Shown here one piece after another: positions 1 to 10,763 of a stretch of 64,000 nucleotides of DNA. Origin of the DNA: an uncultured Verrucomicrobiae bacterium (lineage in GTDB: Bacteria > Verrucomicrobiota > Verrucomicrobiia > Chthoniobacterales > Chthoniobacteraceae); the NCBI GenBank assembly GCA_963769025.1, contig CAVYKI010000003.1, positions 1,216,001 through 1,280,000 of the forward strand, written 5' to 3'. Numbering within the stretch: position 1 is the stretch's first letter; the number at the start of each line of letters is the position of its first letter. Both the position numbers and the translations under genes were made by a program. Below the pieces are notes generated by a model. It was given only the letters and a program-made list of their open reading frames with translations, searched no databases and had not been told where the DNA came from.

Positions 1-1674
1 AAGATCTGGATCTTCAATCGCAACGTGGCCGAGCGGCTCGTGGAATCGCATCCCGGCAAGGACGTCACGATGATGTCCTACATCCTCACGGCGGTGCCGC
101 CGAAGACCTTCAAGGCATTTCCGGCCAACACGTGCATCATGCTCACCGGCACGAACGACGAGGACATTGCACCGTGGCGCGGCATCGAGGTGCCGCGCGG
201 CTTCACCGGCTACATCTACAACTGGTGCCCGAACCTCGGCACGCGCTACACGCCGATGCGCACGCCGGGGTTTATCGAGACGCAGGTGAAGCGGCTCGCG
301 GCGAATCGCATCCAGTCGCTCTACCGCGACGGGCCGGGGCAGTTGTTCGGGCTCGAAGGGCCGGTGTATTACGTGATGGGCCGGATGTTCGACGATCCCG
401 CGCACAACGCGGCGAAGGATCTCATGCCCGAGTTCTGCGAAGCCGCCTTCGGAAACAAGAGCGCCGCGTTTTACATGCGCTCGTTCTACGATCAGCTCTA
501 CCACGCCATCGCGCTCTACTCGGATCACATCGGCACGCGCTGCGACGTGTGGACCTACCAGCCCATCGAGGGCCGCGCGCGAAAGACCGTGCAGGATCCG
601 TTCCAGCTCATCGCCTTCCTTTACACGCCGAACCTCCTCGCCGCGCTCGAGGCCGATCTCACGCAGGCGGAGAAGGCCGCGCCCGCCGGGAAGGCGAAGA
701 CGCGTCTTGCGCTCGTGCGCACAGAGTTTGAATACGTGCGTCATCTCGCCCGCGTCGTGCATTTGTATCAGGCGTATCAGATGCAACCCGATGGCGGCTC
801 GCGCGACCGCCTGCTCGATGCCATCGACGCGCGCAACGCCTTCCTCGCCACGCTCTATGAAAAACGGGGCAACGGCGCTCCCGCTGGCAATTGGTCATAC
901 GTCCTATTCCCGTTTCCCGGGCACGACACCCACCACCTCCGCCTCGCGCTACGACGGCTACCAGGAGCCGTATGCCAACACCTGCCTGAACTGGGACACC
1001 AAGGCCATGCGCAGCGCTCCCGTGCCCGGCAAGAAGCGCCTCGCCGTGGCGCAGGCCAGAGGACCGGTCACGCTCGACGCGCCGCAGTGGCGAGCAAGCC
1101 GCCGCCCACGAACTCACCGTCGTGCCGCCGCTGAACAAGCTGCCGCGCAAGACGACGCTGCGGCTGCTCTACGACAAGGCGAATCTCTACATCCGCGCGG
1201 AGAGCGAACTCGAAGCCGACGGTCCCGCGGAGTTCCCGAAGTGGAACCGCGATCGCGTCCGCTCACGAATCAGGAAGCCTTCGACCTCTACCTCCAGCCG
1301 CAGACCGCGCGCGACATCTTCTACCGCCTCACGCGTCGGCGCGAATGCCGATTCGAAATACGACGCGGCGAGCGGCTTCATCACCGACGCGATGGACCCG
1401 CGCCACGGCAAGGACGATCCCGACCTGGAACGGCGAGTGGCAGGCCGAGTCGCGCATCGATGCGAAGGAGCATCGCTGGCACACGCTCGTCACGATTCCG
1501 TTCAAGACCCTCGCCGCCGAGCCGCCGGCGCCCGGGCGTGACCTGGCGGGCGAACTTCGCCCGCTATCACCGACCTGCCGCGCGAGAAAGTCGATCGCTC
1601 CATCTGGTCCTCCTCGATCAGCAGCACGAGCATGGACGATCGCTCCGATCTTCGGAGAGATCGTGTTCGAGTAG
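1..1674 (+). CDS. 5'-truncated large protein, DUF4838-like region plus C-terminal CBM9-like sugar-binding domain (frameshifted)
   Basis: Protein-like sequence is pieced from ORFs 25..1134, 707.., 1122..1541 and 1345..1674. The C-terminal part reads TTLRLLYDKANLYIRAESE...WHTLVTIPFKTL...IFGEIVFE, typical of CBM9-like modules. Several frame breaks lie between about 950 and 1650. Confidence 0.5.
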
Positions 1675-1749
1675 AGCGTCCCGCCCGGTTTTCCCGAAAC
1701 ACATCGAGCCCAAATTTCCCCCCGACACCAAAATCATCCCCGAATTACC

Positions 1750-3182
<1,433 letters not shown>

Positions 3183-3191
3183 ACGACTGCC

Positions 3192-4622
3192 ATGAGACCG
3201 AACATTTCCGCCATCTCCGCTCTGCTGCTGGCTTCGTTCGCATCGCTCCACGCTGCGGATGAACCCATCGCCATCGGCTCGCGGCGCGAGCTGTTCGTGG
3301 ACCGGTTGCTCGTGGGCGAACTGAGGAACGCCGCGCTGAAGCTCCACGAGCCGCGGCTTGCGGAGGCGCTGACGAATGGCGCGCGGCCGCACGGCCATTA
3401 CGCCACGGTGCTGAAGGCGGAGGACAAGTTTCAGTTCTACTACCGGGACGACAAGGATCCGAAGGTGACCTGGAAGACGCACGGCATCGAGGGCTACCAC
3501 GACGGCGAGGTGACGCTCTATGCGCAGAGCAAGGATGCCATTCACTGGACGCTGCCGAAGCTCGGCCTCTTCGAGCACCCGAGCTTCCCGGCGGGCAATA
3601 TCGTGCTGATGGACGAGTTTTTGGTGAACCACAATTTCACGCCATTCATCGACACGAAGCCCGGAACGCCCTCGGACCAGAAATACAAGGCGCTCGGAGG
3701 GCTCGCGTTTCAGCCGCATCAGGTGGCGGTGCGCGACAAGCGCGGGCCGGGCGGGCTGAAGGCATTCGTTTCACCCGATGGGATTCATTGGAAGAAGCTC
3801 CGCGATGAGCCGGTGGTTTCGGAGGAGTGGGGCAAGTATTTTGACTCGCAGAATTACGCGTTCTGGAGCGAGAGCGAGCAGCGCTACGTGTGCTACTTCC
3901 GCCGCTTCATCAAGGGCTATCGAGGCATCGCGCGCACGACGTCGGAGGACTTTGTTCACTGGACGCCGCCGGTCGAAATGCCGGCGAACCTGCCAGGCGA
4001 GCACCTCTACACATCGTGCACGCAGCCTTACTTTCGCGCGCCGCACATCTACGTGGCGATGCCCACGCGCTTCATGGACAAGCGCGGCGCTGCGACGGAC
4101 ATCCTTTTCATGACGACGCGCGGCGGGGGCGCGTATGACCGTGAGTTTACGCAGAGCTTCATCCGTCCCGGCCTCAGCAAGGATGGCTGGGCGAACCGCG
4201 CGAACTATGCGGCCATCGGCATCCATCAGACGGGTGACACCGAGATGTCCATGTTTCTCACGGGGGGCCGGCGCTACACGCTGCGGCTGGATGGGTTTGT
4301 GTCGGTGAATGCGCCGCTGGCCGGTGGTGAATTCATCACGAAGCCGCTCACCTTCTCCGGCAGGCAGCTCGAGATGAACTACGCGACCAGCGCTGCGGGT
4401 CAGATGCGCGTGGAAATGCAGGACGGCGAAGGCAAACCGCTGCCCGGATTTTCGCTGGCAGACTGCGAACCGATCTGGGGCGACCACATCGCGCGCGTCG
4501 TGAAGTGGAAAGGCGGCGAGGATGTCGGCTCCCATGCGGGCAAGCCCGTGCGGCTGCGTTTTGAGATGAGTGACGCCGACCTTTTCTCGATCCGTTTTGC
4601 CGATGCCGACGCGGCTCGCTGA
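3192..4622 (+). CDS. secreted beta-propeller glycoside-hydrolase-like protein
   Basis: Intact 476 aa ORF with signal peptide, repeated S-x-D-G/A/F-x-H-W Asp-box-like motifs (SKDAIHW, SPDGIHW, SEDFVHW), FDSQN, and a C-terminal LRLDGFVS...PVRLRFEM beta-sandwich. Confidence 0.65.
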   Translation: MRPNISAISALLLASFASLHAADEPIAIGSRRELFVDRLLVGELRNAALKLHEPRLAEALTNGARPHGHYATVLKAEDKFQFYYRDDKDPKVTWKTHGIEGYHDGEVTLYAQSKDAIHWTLPKLGLFEHPSFPAGNIVLMDEFLVNHNFTPFIDTKPGTPSDQKYKALGGLAFQPHQVAVRDKRGPGGLKAFVSPDGIHWKKLRDEPVVSEEWGKYFDSQNYAFWSESEQRYVCYFRRFIKGYRGIARTTSEDFVHWTPPVEMPANLPGEHLYTSCTQPYFRAPHIYVAMPTRFMDKRGAATDILFMTTRGGGAYDREFTQSFIRPGLSKDGWANRANYAAIGIHQTGDTEMSMFLTGGRRYTLRLDGFVSVNAPLAGGEFITKPLTFSGRQLEMNYATSAAGQMRVEMQDGEGKPLPGFSLADCEPIWGDHIARVVKWKGGEDVGSHAGKPVRLRFEMSDADLFSIRFADADAAR

Positions 4623-4673
4623 GCGTGCGTGTTCGCTGTTCCTTTCCGCGGTACGGGCTGCTAGAAGCGCGGC

Positions 4674-5165
4674 ATGCCTTCATTCGATATCACTTCCGAA
4701 GTGGACAAGCAGGAGCTGGACAACGCCATCAACCAGGCGCGGAAGGAGCTCGCGAACCGGTTCGATTTCAAGGGCTCTACGGCGAAGATCGAGCTCGATG
4801 AGAAGGAGTCGAAGATCAAACTTTCCGCCGAGGACGCCGGCCGCCTGAAGAGCCTGCAGGAAATCGTCATCGGCAAGCTCTCGAAGCGCGGCGTGGACCT
4901 CCGGAATGTGGACCGGAAGGATCCGGCGATTTCGCCGCTCGGGCACGCGACGCAGGAGCTCGTGATCAAGCAGGGTCTCGATGGCGAGAAGGCGAAGGAG
5001 ATCATCAAGGCGATCAAGGAGCGCGGGCTGAAGGTGCAGAGCGCGCTGCAGGAGCGGCAGATCCGCGTGACGGGAAAAAGCCGCGATGACTTGCAGGATG
5101 TGATCGCGTTCTGCCGGGCGGGGGAATTCGAGGTCGGGCTGCAGTTCGGCAATTTCCGCGACTGA
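4674..5165 (+). CDS. yajQ: YajQ family cyclic-di-GMP/nucleotide-binding protein
   Basis: MPSFDITSEVD...NRFDFKG...RVTGKSRDDLQ...LQFGNFRD, the characteristic YajQ termini. Confidence 0.95.
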   Translation: MPSFDITSEVDKQELDNAINQARKELANRFDFKGSTAKIELDEKESKIKLSAEDAGRLKSLQEIVIGKLSKRGVDLRNVDRKDPAISPLGHATQELVIKQGLDGEKAKEIIKAIKERGLKVQSALQERQIRVTGKSRDDLQDVIAFCRAGEFEVGLQFGNFRD

Positions 5166-5497
5166 TCGCATCCATTTTCGATGCGCAGAGGCGGGAGCGC
5201 GGAGCCCTGCGGTGAGAAGCACATCGGCGAAACGACAGGTGTTCAGTTGGAAAGCCGACGGGCATTTTCCCACGGACCGCAAGCCTCGCGGCACCGGAGC
5301 AAATCGAACGCGCCCCCGATGCGCGCGGCGGGCCGTGAGGCCATGCCCCGGCTTCATCGACAGCTGTCCCCATCTGCCGCAGTCGCCGATTGCCTCCCGG
5401 CCGCGCCGGCGCAGGGACCGGGCGCGTCCGACGCGCCCGATGGGAGTGATTTAAGCGCAAACGAAGGCGCGGCGTCCATGGGGTGAACGCACAAAAG

Positions 5498-5521
5498 GAT
5501 ATAGGGTGAAAACCCCATATC
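5498..5521. promoter_or_regulatory. imperfect palindrome, candidate operator upstream of the response regulator
   Basis: GATATAGGGT-GAAA-ACCCCATATC (9 of 10 pairs), with a related half-site ATGGGGTGAA at 5478-5487. It lies just 5' of TTGCCG-N18-CAATCT (5529-5558). Confidence 0.45.
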
Positions 5522-5622
5522 GTTCCGCTTGCCGAACGCTCCGCGATCGGGGCAATCTGATTCAGGTCGATGTGGTTGATTGCGAAAGGCCCGCGCGCTG
5601 CCACTCCCCCGGAAAAGGACGA

Positions 5623-6276
5623 ATGACAAACACAAGCACCCCAGCACGAGCAGTGACAGCGCGGATTTTGATCGTGGACGATCACCCCGGGGTGGCGCTC
5701 GGCTACGGATTGGTTTTTCAAAAGCGCGGCTACGAGACGCGCACGGCGAAAAACGTCACCGAGGCACTGAAGATGTGTAACCGGCAGTGCCCGGACATCG
5801 TGCTGGCGGATTTGCACCTCCCGGATCGGGACGGCGTGGCGCTGCTCCATGCGTTGCGCGATGAGCATATGCGCGCCCGTGTGGTGCTCATTACGGGCGA
5901 CGAGAGCGACCGCGTCATCCGTGCGGCGACGCTGGCGCGCCCGGACGGGTTCGTTCACAAGTCCGACTCGATGGAGGAGATCGTGCAGACGGTGCTGACG
6001 GTGGCCGGAGGGGGTACGGGCTTCACGCCGCGCATCACCAAGGCCGGACGCACCAGGCCGCAGAGCGATGCGGAGGCATTCCTCACCGAAGTGACGCCTG
6101 CGGAACGCGAGGTATGGGTGCTCGTCGCACAAGGCCGGACGCTGAAGGAGATGGCCGAGATGCTCGGCAAATCCGAGAGCACGCTGGACAACCAGCGCAC
6201 CCGGCTCATGCGCCGGCTCGGCGTCCACAAATCCGCGGAGCTGACGCGGCTGGCGGTCGAGGCGGGACTGATCTAG
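5623..6276 (+). CDS. NarL/FixJ (LuxR-HTH) family response regulator
   Basis: Receiver motifs ILIVDDH, DIVLADLHLP and GFVHK; C-terminal TPAEREV...GRTLKEMAEMLGKSESTLDNQRTRLMRRLG HTH; AAAGGA upstream of ATG 5623. Confidence 0.92.
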   Translation: MTNTSTPARAVTARILIVDDHPGVALGYGLVFQKRGYETRTAKNVTEALKMCNRQCPDIVLADLHLPDRDGVALLHALRDEHMRARVVLITGDESDRVIRAATLARPDGFVHKSDSMEEIVQTVLTVAGGGTGFTPRITKAGRTRPQSDAEAFLTEVTPAEREVWVLVAQGRTLKEMAEMLGKSESTLDNQRTRLMRRLGVHKSAELTRLAVEAGLI

Positions 6277-6328
6277 GCGCGCGGAAAAACTTCGCGCGGC
6301 GCGTTTCTTCCGCGTATCCGCGTTCGGG

Positions 6329-7076
6329 ATGAGCAAGCCCATTTCCGTCCTTGTCACCGGCTCATCCGGAAGAATCGGTCGCGCCGCCGTGGCTGAACTG
6401 ATGCGCCGCGGGCACATGGTGCGGGGATTTGATCGGACGCCCACTCCAGGCCTGGAGGATTGCGTGATCGGTGACCTGACGGACCGTGGGGCGCTGGATC
6501 ATGCGATGGAGAAAATGGAGTGCCTCGTGCATCTCGCGGCGACGCCGGACGACGCACCCTTTCTCGAAAGCCTGCTGCCGAACAACATCACCGGGCTTTT
6601 CCACGTGATGGAGGCGGCGCGCTGCGCGGGCGTCGGGCGGGTCGTGCTTGCGAGCTCGGGGCAGGTGAACTGGTGGCAGCAGGCCACGGGGCCATTTCCC
6701 ATCCGGCCCGAACACCCGACGAGCCCGAAGGCGTGGTACGCGGCGACGAAGATGTTCATGGAATCGGCGGGTCGCACCTACGTGGAGATGCACGGGATGA
6801 GCGCCATCATCGCGCGGCTGGGCTGGTGCCCGCGCGATCTCGGCCAGGTGGCGGAAATCGCGGCGAGCGAGCTGTTCCGCGACGTCTATTTGAGCCCGGG
6901 CGACGCGGGGCGGTTCATCGCTTGCGCGGTCGAGGCAGCCGCCGGAGGTGCGCCATTCCGTCGTGTACGCCACGAGCCGTCCGCTCGTGCAGGCGCGGTT
7001 CGATCTCGGTTCCGCGGAGCGGGATCTCGGCTACGTGCCGCAGGAGAGCTGGCCGTGCGGGAGCGAGGATTTTTGA
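6329..7076 (+). CDS. NAD-dependent epimerase/dehydratase (uronate dehydrogenase-like SDR), one frameshift near 6940
   Basis: VTGSSGRIG, VHLAA, LASS and YAATK motifs. The shifted frame continues VVYATSRP...RFDLGSAERDLGYVPQESW to TGA at 7074-7076. Confidence 0.85.
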
Positions 7077-7334
7077 TCGGCGGAGGCTGCGCCATTTCCC
7101 GGGCTGCGACGCGGGGACAACGGGAAGCGGAAGGAGGTTGTCGTCGGCGACCTCAGCCACGGCAACCGGATGACGCTGGCCTTGCACGAACAGCAATCTG
7201 CAGCCTCCGGAATGACAGCCGGCGCAAATTTTTGTTTTTTGTGTTCCCATTCAATCGACGTTCGCGTAGGGAGTCGCGCGCTGGCCGGGTTTTCCCTCCG
7301 CACCCGTCGTCCAGCAGGGAACCAACAAACCAAC

Positions 7335-7664
7335 ATGGTCAACAAACGAGATAAAGCCGAGGGAGCCAAGAAAGTGGCTGCCACCACCGCGCCTAAGAGC
7401 CGCGTTGCAACGAAATCGAAGGCCGCGACCCGCGCTGCGAGTGCCGCGCCAGTCGTGAAGGCCCCGCCAGTCGTCAAAGCCGCCAAGCCGGCGAAAGCGA
7501 AGACTGCGAAGCCCGCCACCATCCGCCAGGAGGACGTCGCGTTCCGCGCGTATCTCATCGGGGAAAAGCGCCAGCAACTGGGGCTTCCTGGTGACGCCCT
7601 TAGCGACTGGGTCGAGGCCGAGCGCCAATTGCTCGGCGAGCGCGCGACCCACGGGGTCAACTAG
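7335..7664 (+). CDS. DUF2934-domain protein with Lys/Ala-rich histone-like N-terminus
   Basis: C-terminal EDVAFRAYLIGEKR...GDALSDWVEAERQL matches the DUF2934 pattern; the N-terminus has PVVKA/AKPAKAK repeats. Confidence 0.8.
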   Translation: MVNKRDKAEGAKKVAATTAPKSRVATKSKAATRAASAAPVVKAPPVVKAAKPAKAKTAKPATIRQEDVAFRAYLIGEKRQQLGLPGDALSDWVEAERQLLGERATHGVN

Positions 7665-7842
7665 ACCGCTCCCTCCGGGGAACTGCACAGCAGGCGGGTG
7701 CCCGCCTGCGTCATCATTTACGCGTGGTGCGGCCGCGTGCGCGCATCGTGCTGCCGTCAACCCGCGCAGCCGGGATCCGGCTGCGCGCCTGAGTTTCGCC
7801 TTTCACACGCCCTTGGCGTGCGATAGAAGCGCTGCCGCCCCC

Positions 7843-8256
7843 ATGTACTCCACCGTCGTCGCGATCCTCATCGGCATTCTTGGCGGGGTCGTCGCGGCCC
7901 TCTGCGGCGTCGGTGGCGGAGTCGTCATGGTGCCGGCTTTTGTGCTGCTCCTGAAGATGGATCAAAAGGGTGCCGTGGCCACGTCGCTCGCCGCGATCGT
8001 GCTCACGGCGTTGTGCACAAGCTTCAAGAATCACGCGAATGGTTTCATCCTTTGGAAAGTCGCCGTTCCGGCTGGAATCGCCGGGGGTATCATCGGATGG
8101 CTGGCGGCAGACTGGTTGAAAAAGCTTCAGGATGTGACGCTTACGAGAATTTTCGCCACGCTCATGATCGCCTTCGGCGTTCAGATGTGGGTGCAGTCCA
8201 TTAAGAAGAATGACTTATCGAAAGCAGATGACATCAGCGGTTTCAGTCACGGATAA
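7843..8256 (+). CDS. TauE/SafE (sulfite exporter) family membrane protein, half-size
   Basis: GILGGVVAALCGVGGGVVMVP...AVATSLA motif; about 4 TM segments. Confidence 0.85.
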   Translation: MYSTVVAILIGILGGVVAALCGVGGGVVMVPAFVLLLKMDQKGAVATSLAAIVLTALCTSFKNHANGFILWKVAVPAGIAGGIIGWLAADWLKKLQDVTLTRIFATLMIAFGVQMWVQSIKKNDLSKADDISGFSHG

Positions 8257-8308
8257 AAAAAACTAAAAATAGACTTGCGGCTTTTTGGGAGTGCGTTAAT
8301 GTCTGTCC

Positions 8309-8401
8309 AGCGTTCGGAAGCGGATGCGAAGATTTATAAACTGTTCTGGGGGGAACATCGGCCCTCCGTAGCCAATCGGTTGCGGGGGGCCGAACTCTTT
8401 T
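8309..8401 (+). ncRNA. candidate small regulatory RNA (three hairpins, intrinsic terminator)
   Basis: TTGCGG (8275) N16 TAATGT (8297) promoter-like motif. Hairpins at 8310-8327, 8342-8357 and 8358-8393 (16 bp) are followed by CTCTTTT. All six non-Watson-Crick positions are G-U pairs on the + strand. Confidence 0.55.
8358..8401 (+). terminator. intrinsic terminator-like hairpin
   Basis: TCGGCCCTCCGTAGCC-AATC-GGTTGCGGGGGGCCGA followed by ACTCTTTT. Confidence 0.65.
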
Positions 8402-8502
8402 CAAGGGGTGCGAGGGGATTTCGATAAACCGGAGGTTGCACTCTTTGCCGGTGCGAGCAATGCTCCGGGCGACGTGAAAGCATCCGCCAACCACCACAGG
8501 TC

Positions 8503-9576
8503 ATGAGGATTGGGCTTGTTCGCAGAGGCTATTCGGCGAGCGGCGGGGCGGAGGCTTATCTTTTGCGGTTTGCGGCGGCGGCACGCGCGGCGGGGCACGA
8601 GCCGGTGCTCATCTGCGGGGCTGAATGGCCGGAGGGCGCCTGGCCGCACGAGCGTGTCGTGGTGGCCGGGAAAACGCCGGAAGGGTTTGCGGATCGGCTG
8701 GAGGATCGCCGTGAGAGCGGGGGGTGGGATGTGCTTTTCAGCCTGGAGCGCGTGTGGGCCTGCGACGTGTATCGCGCGGGCGATGGCGTGCATGCGGCCT
8801 GGCTGGAGCGGCGGCGGGAGTTTGAGCCGCCGTGGCGCGGCTGGTTCCGCAGCCTGCAGCGGAAACATCGCGAGATTCTGGAACTGGAATGCGCGCTCTT
8901 CACCGGCGGCGCGCGGCGTGTCATCGCGAATTCGCAGATGGTGAAGGACGAGATCATCCGCTTCTACGGCACGGCAGCCGAGCAGGTGCATGTGGTCCAC
9001 AATGGCGTCCCGACCCACGCCGCGGAACCGGGAGCGCGGGAGGCCCTGCGCGCGGAACTCGGAATCGCGCCGCAGGAATTCGTCGCGCTGTTTGCCGGGA
9101 CCGGATGGGATCGCAAGGGACTGCGCTACGCCATCGCCGCGGTGAAGGCGCTGAAAAACCCGGTGACGCTGCTCGTGGCTGGGCGCGGCGACCAGCGCGG
9201 GCTGCCAAAGTCGGGCCGGGTGAAATTCCTCGGCGCGCTTCCGGGCGAAAGGCTGCGCGCGGTAATGGCGGCGGCGGATGTCTTCATCCTGCCGACGCTC
9301 TACGATCCGTTTTCCAACGCGTGCATCGAGGCGCTCGCCGCCGGGTTGCCGGTGATCACCACGACCGCGAACGGCTTTTCCGAAATCCTCGAACCAGGCG
9401 TGCATGGCGACGCAGTCGCGCCCGGCGACACGAGGGCGCTCGCGACGGCGCTCGCGGCGTGGGCCGATCCGCAGCGCCGCGAGGCTGTGCGTCCGCGACT
9501 GCTGGAAAAGGCGGCGCGCTGCTCGGTGGAGGAGAACCTCGCGCGCACGCTCGAGGTGATCACCGCCGCTTCGTAG
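8503..9576 (+). CDS. glycosyltransferase family 4 (GT-B)
   Basis: SGGAE, VIANSQMV, VHNGV, RKGL, ADVFILPTLYDPFSNACIEALAAGLPVIT. Confidence 0.92.
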   Translation: MRIGLVRRGYSASGGAEAYLLRFAAAARAAGHEPVLICGAEWPEGAWPHERVVVAGKTPEGFADRLEDRRESGGWDVLFSLERVWACDVYRAGDGVHAAWLERRREFEPPWRGWFRSLQRKHREILELECALFTGGARRVIANSQMVKDEIIRFYGTAAEQVHVVHNGVPTHAAEPGAREALRAELGIAPQEFVALFAGTGWDRKGLRYAIAAVKALKNPVTLLVAGRGDQRGLPKSGRVKFLGALPGERLRAVMAAADVFILPTLYDPFSNACIEALAAGLPVITTTANGFSEILEPGVHGDAVAPGDTRALATALAAWADPQRREAVRPRLLEKAARCSVEENLARTLEVITAAS

Positions 9577-9598
9577 CCCGGCGGCACCGCGATTTTCC

Positions 9599-9629
9599 TC
9601 TGCGCGAAATCTGCGCAATCTGCGGATCC
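9599..9629. repeat. short ~9-bp-periodic intergenic repeat (ATCTGCG motif), related to 63865-63972
   Basis: TCTGCGCGAAATCTGCGCAATCTGCGGATCC; its reverse complement closely matches GGATCCGCAGAGCGCAGATTTTCGCAGA at 63865. Confidence 0.6.
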
Positions 9630-9725
9630 CGCCTGCATCGCCTCTTGCCGAACAGCCGGGGACGGCTAAGAAGGCGCGCCCCGCACGGGTTAACCACCCG
9701 CTTGAGGCCGACGAAACTCCCACAC

Positions 9726-10763
9726 TTGAAGACCAAACTCCTCCTCTGCGCGCTGCCTCTCGCCCTCGGGCTCGCCGGCTGCGACCGCAAAACCGCCCGC
9801 GTCTATGACGCGCCGAAGGATCGCCCTTTCGTCCCGCAGAAGGAGGAAGCCCATTTTGAGGGCGACGGGCACGACCACTCGCCCAAGCCCGCGGCGCGCG
9901 CGGATGAGAAAATCTGGCGTCCCGCGCTGACGTGGACGCTGCCCGCAGGCTGGAAGGACGCGGGGCCGGACGCTGCGAATGTCGGGCGCTTTGCGGCAGG
10001 AGACGCATCGGTCGCGATCACGGCGCTGACTTCGATGGAGGGAAAAGAGACCATCCTCGTGAACATGTGGCGGCAGGTGCGCGGCGAGGAGCCGCTGGAG
10101 GAAGCGGAGGCCGCGAAGCTCCTGAAGGAAGTGCCGGTCGCGGATGGGAAAGGAAGCATGTTCGAGTTCGCCGACGCGCAGGGCGAAAAGCCGAACCGCT
10201 TCGTCGTCGCGTTCACGCATCGGAGCGAGGGGAGTTTGTTTTTCAAAATCCAAGGTCCGGACGCCGCGGTCACGGCGCAGAAGCCCGCGTTTTTTGAATT
10301 CCTGAAGACGGTCCGCTTTGCCGAAGGCGCCGCACCGGCTCCCGCATCCGCTTCCGCGGAACGGCGCTGGCCGGGGACCGTGCCTGCGGACTGGACGCAG
10401 GTCGCGCCGGGGCCGATGCAGCAGGCGAAATTTACCGTGCCGGAAAAGGACGGCGCGAAGGCGGACGTGGCCGTGAGCGTCTTCCCCAGCTCCACGGGCG
10501 GCACGGTGGAAAATGTGAAACGCTGGCGCAAACAGATCGGCCTCGCAGACATCCCGGACGCGGAGATCGCGAAGCTCGCCCAGCCGCTCGCCGGCGCGCC
10601 GGAAGGCTCGATCATCGTCGATTTGAAAAACGAAGCGCGCTCGCTCACCGGCGCGATCATCCCTCTCAGCGGGCAGTGGTGGTTCTTCAAGCTCCTCGGC
10701 GACGCGCCCGCCGTCGCATCCGCGCGCGAGTCGTTCATCGCATTTCTCACCAAGGTCCACTGA
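9726..10763 (+). CDS. uncharacterised lipoprotein with two internal repeat domains, upstream of cytochrome c biogenesis genes
   Basis: TTG start, MKTKLLLCALPLALGLAGC lipobox and His-rich EEAHFEGDGHDH. Two similar modules (PAGW...VNMWRQ...FFKIQGP / PADW...VKRWRKQIG...FFKLLGD). The stop overlaps the resB start (TGATG). Confidence 0.75.
   Translation: MKTKLLLCALPLALGLAGCDRKTARVYDAPKDRPFVPQKEEAHFEGDGHDHSPKPAARADEKIWRPALTWTLPAGWKDAGPDAANVGRFAAGDASVAITALTSMEGKETILVNMWRQVRGEEPLEEAEAAKLLKEVPVADGKGSMFEFADAQGEKPNRFVVAFTHRSEGSLFFKIQGPDAAVTAQKPAFFEFLKTVRFAEGAAPAPASASAERRWPGTVPADWTQVAPGPMQQAKFTVPEKDGAKADVAVSVFPSSTGGTVENVKRWRKQIGLADIPDAEIAKLAQPLAGAPEGSIIVDLKNEARSLTGAIIPLSGQWWFFKLLGDAPAVASARESFIAFLTKVH

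Noticed and set aside
6940..7354. Extended C-terminus of the epimerase ORF
   Set aside because: Off-frame read-through; the family-like C-terminus is in another frame ending at 7076.
9680..9725. GACGAAAC resembling a hammerhead ribozyme core
   Set aside because: No CTGANGA partner or three-stem arrangement nearby.
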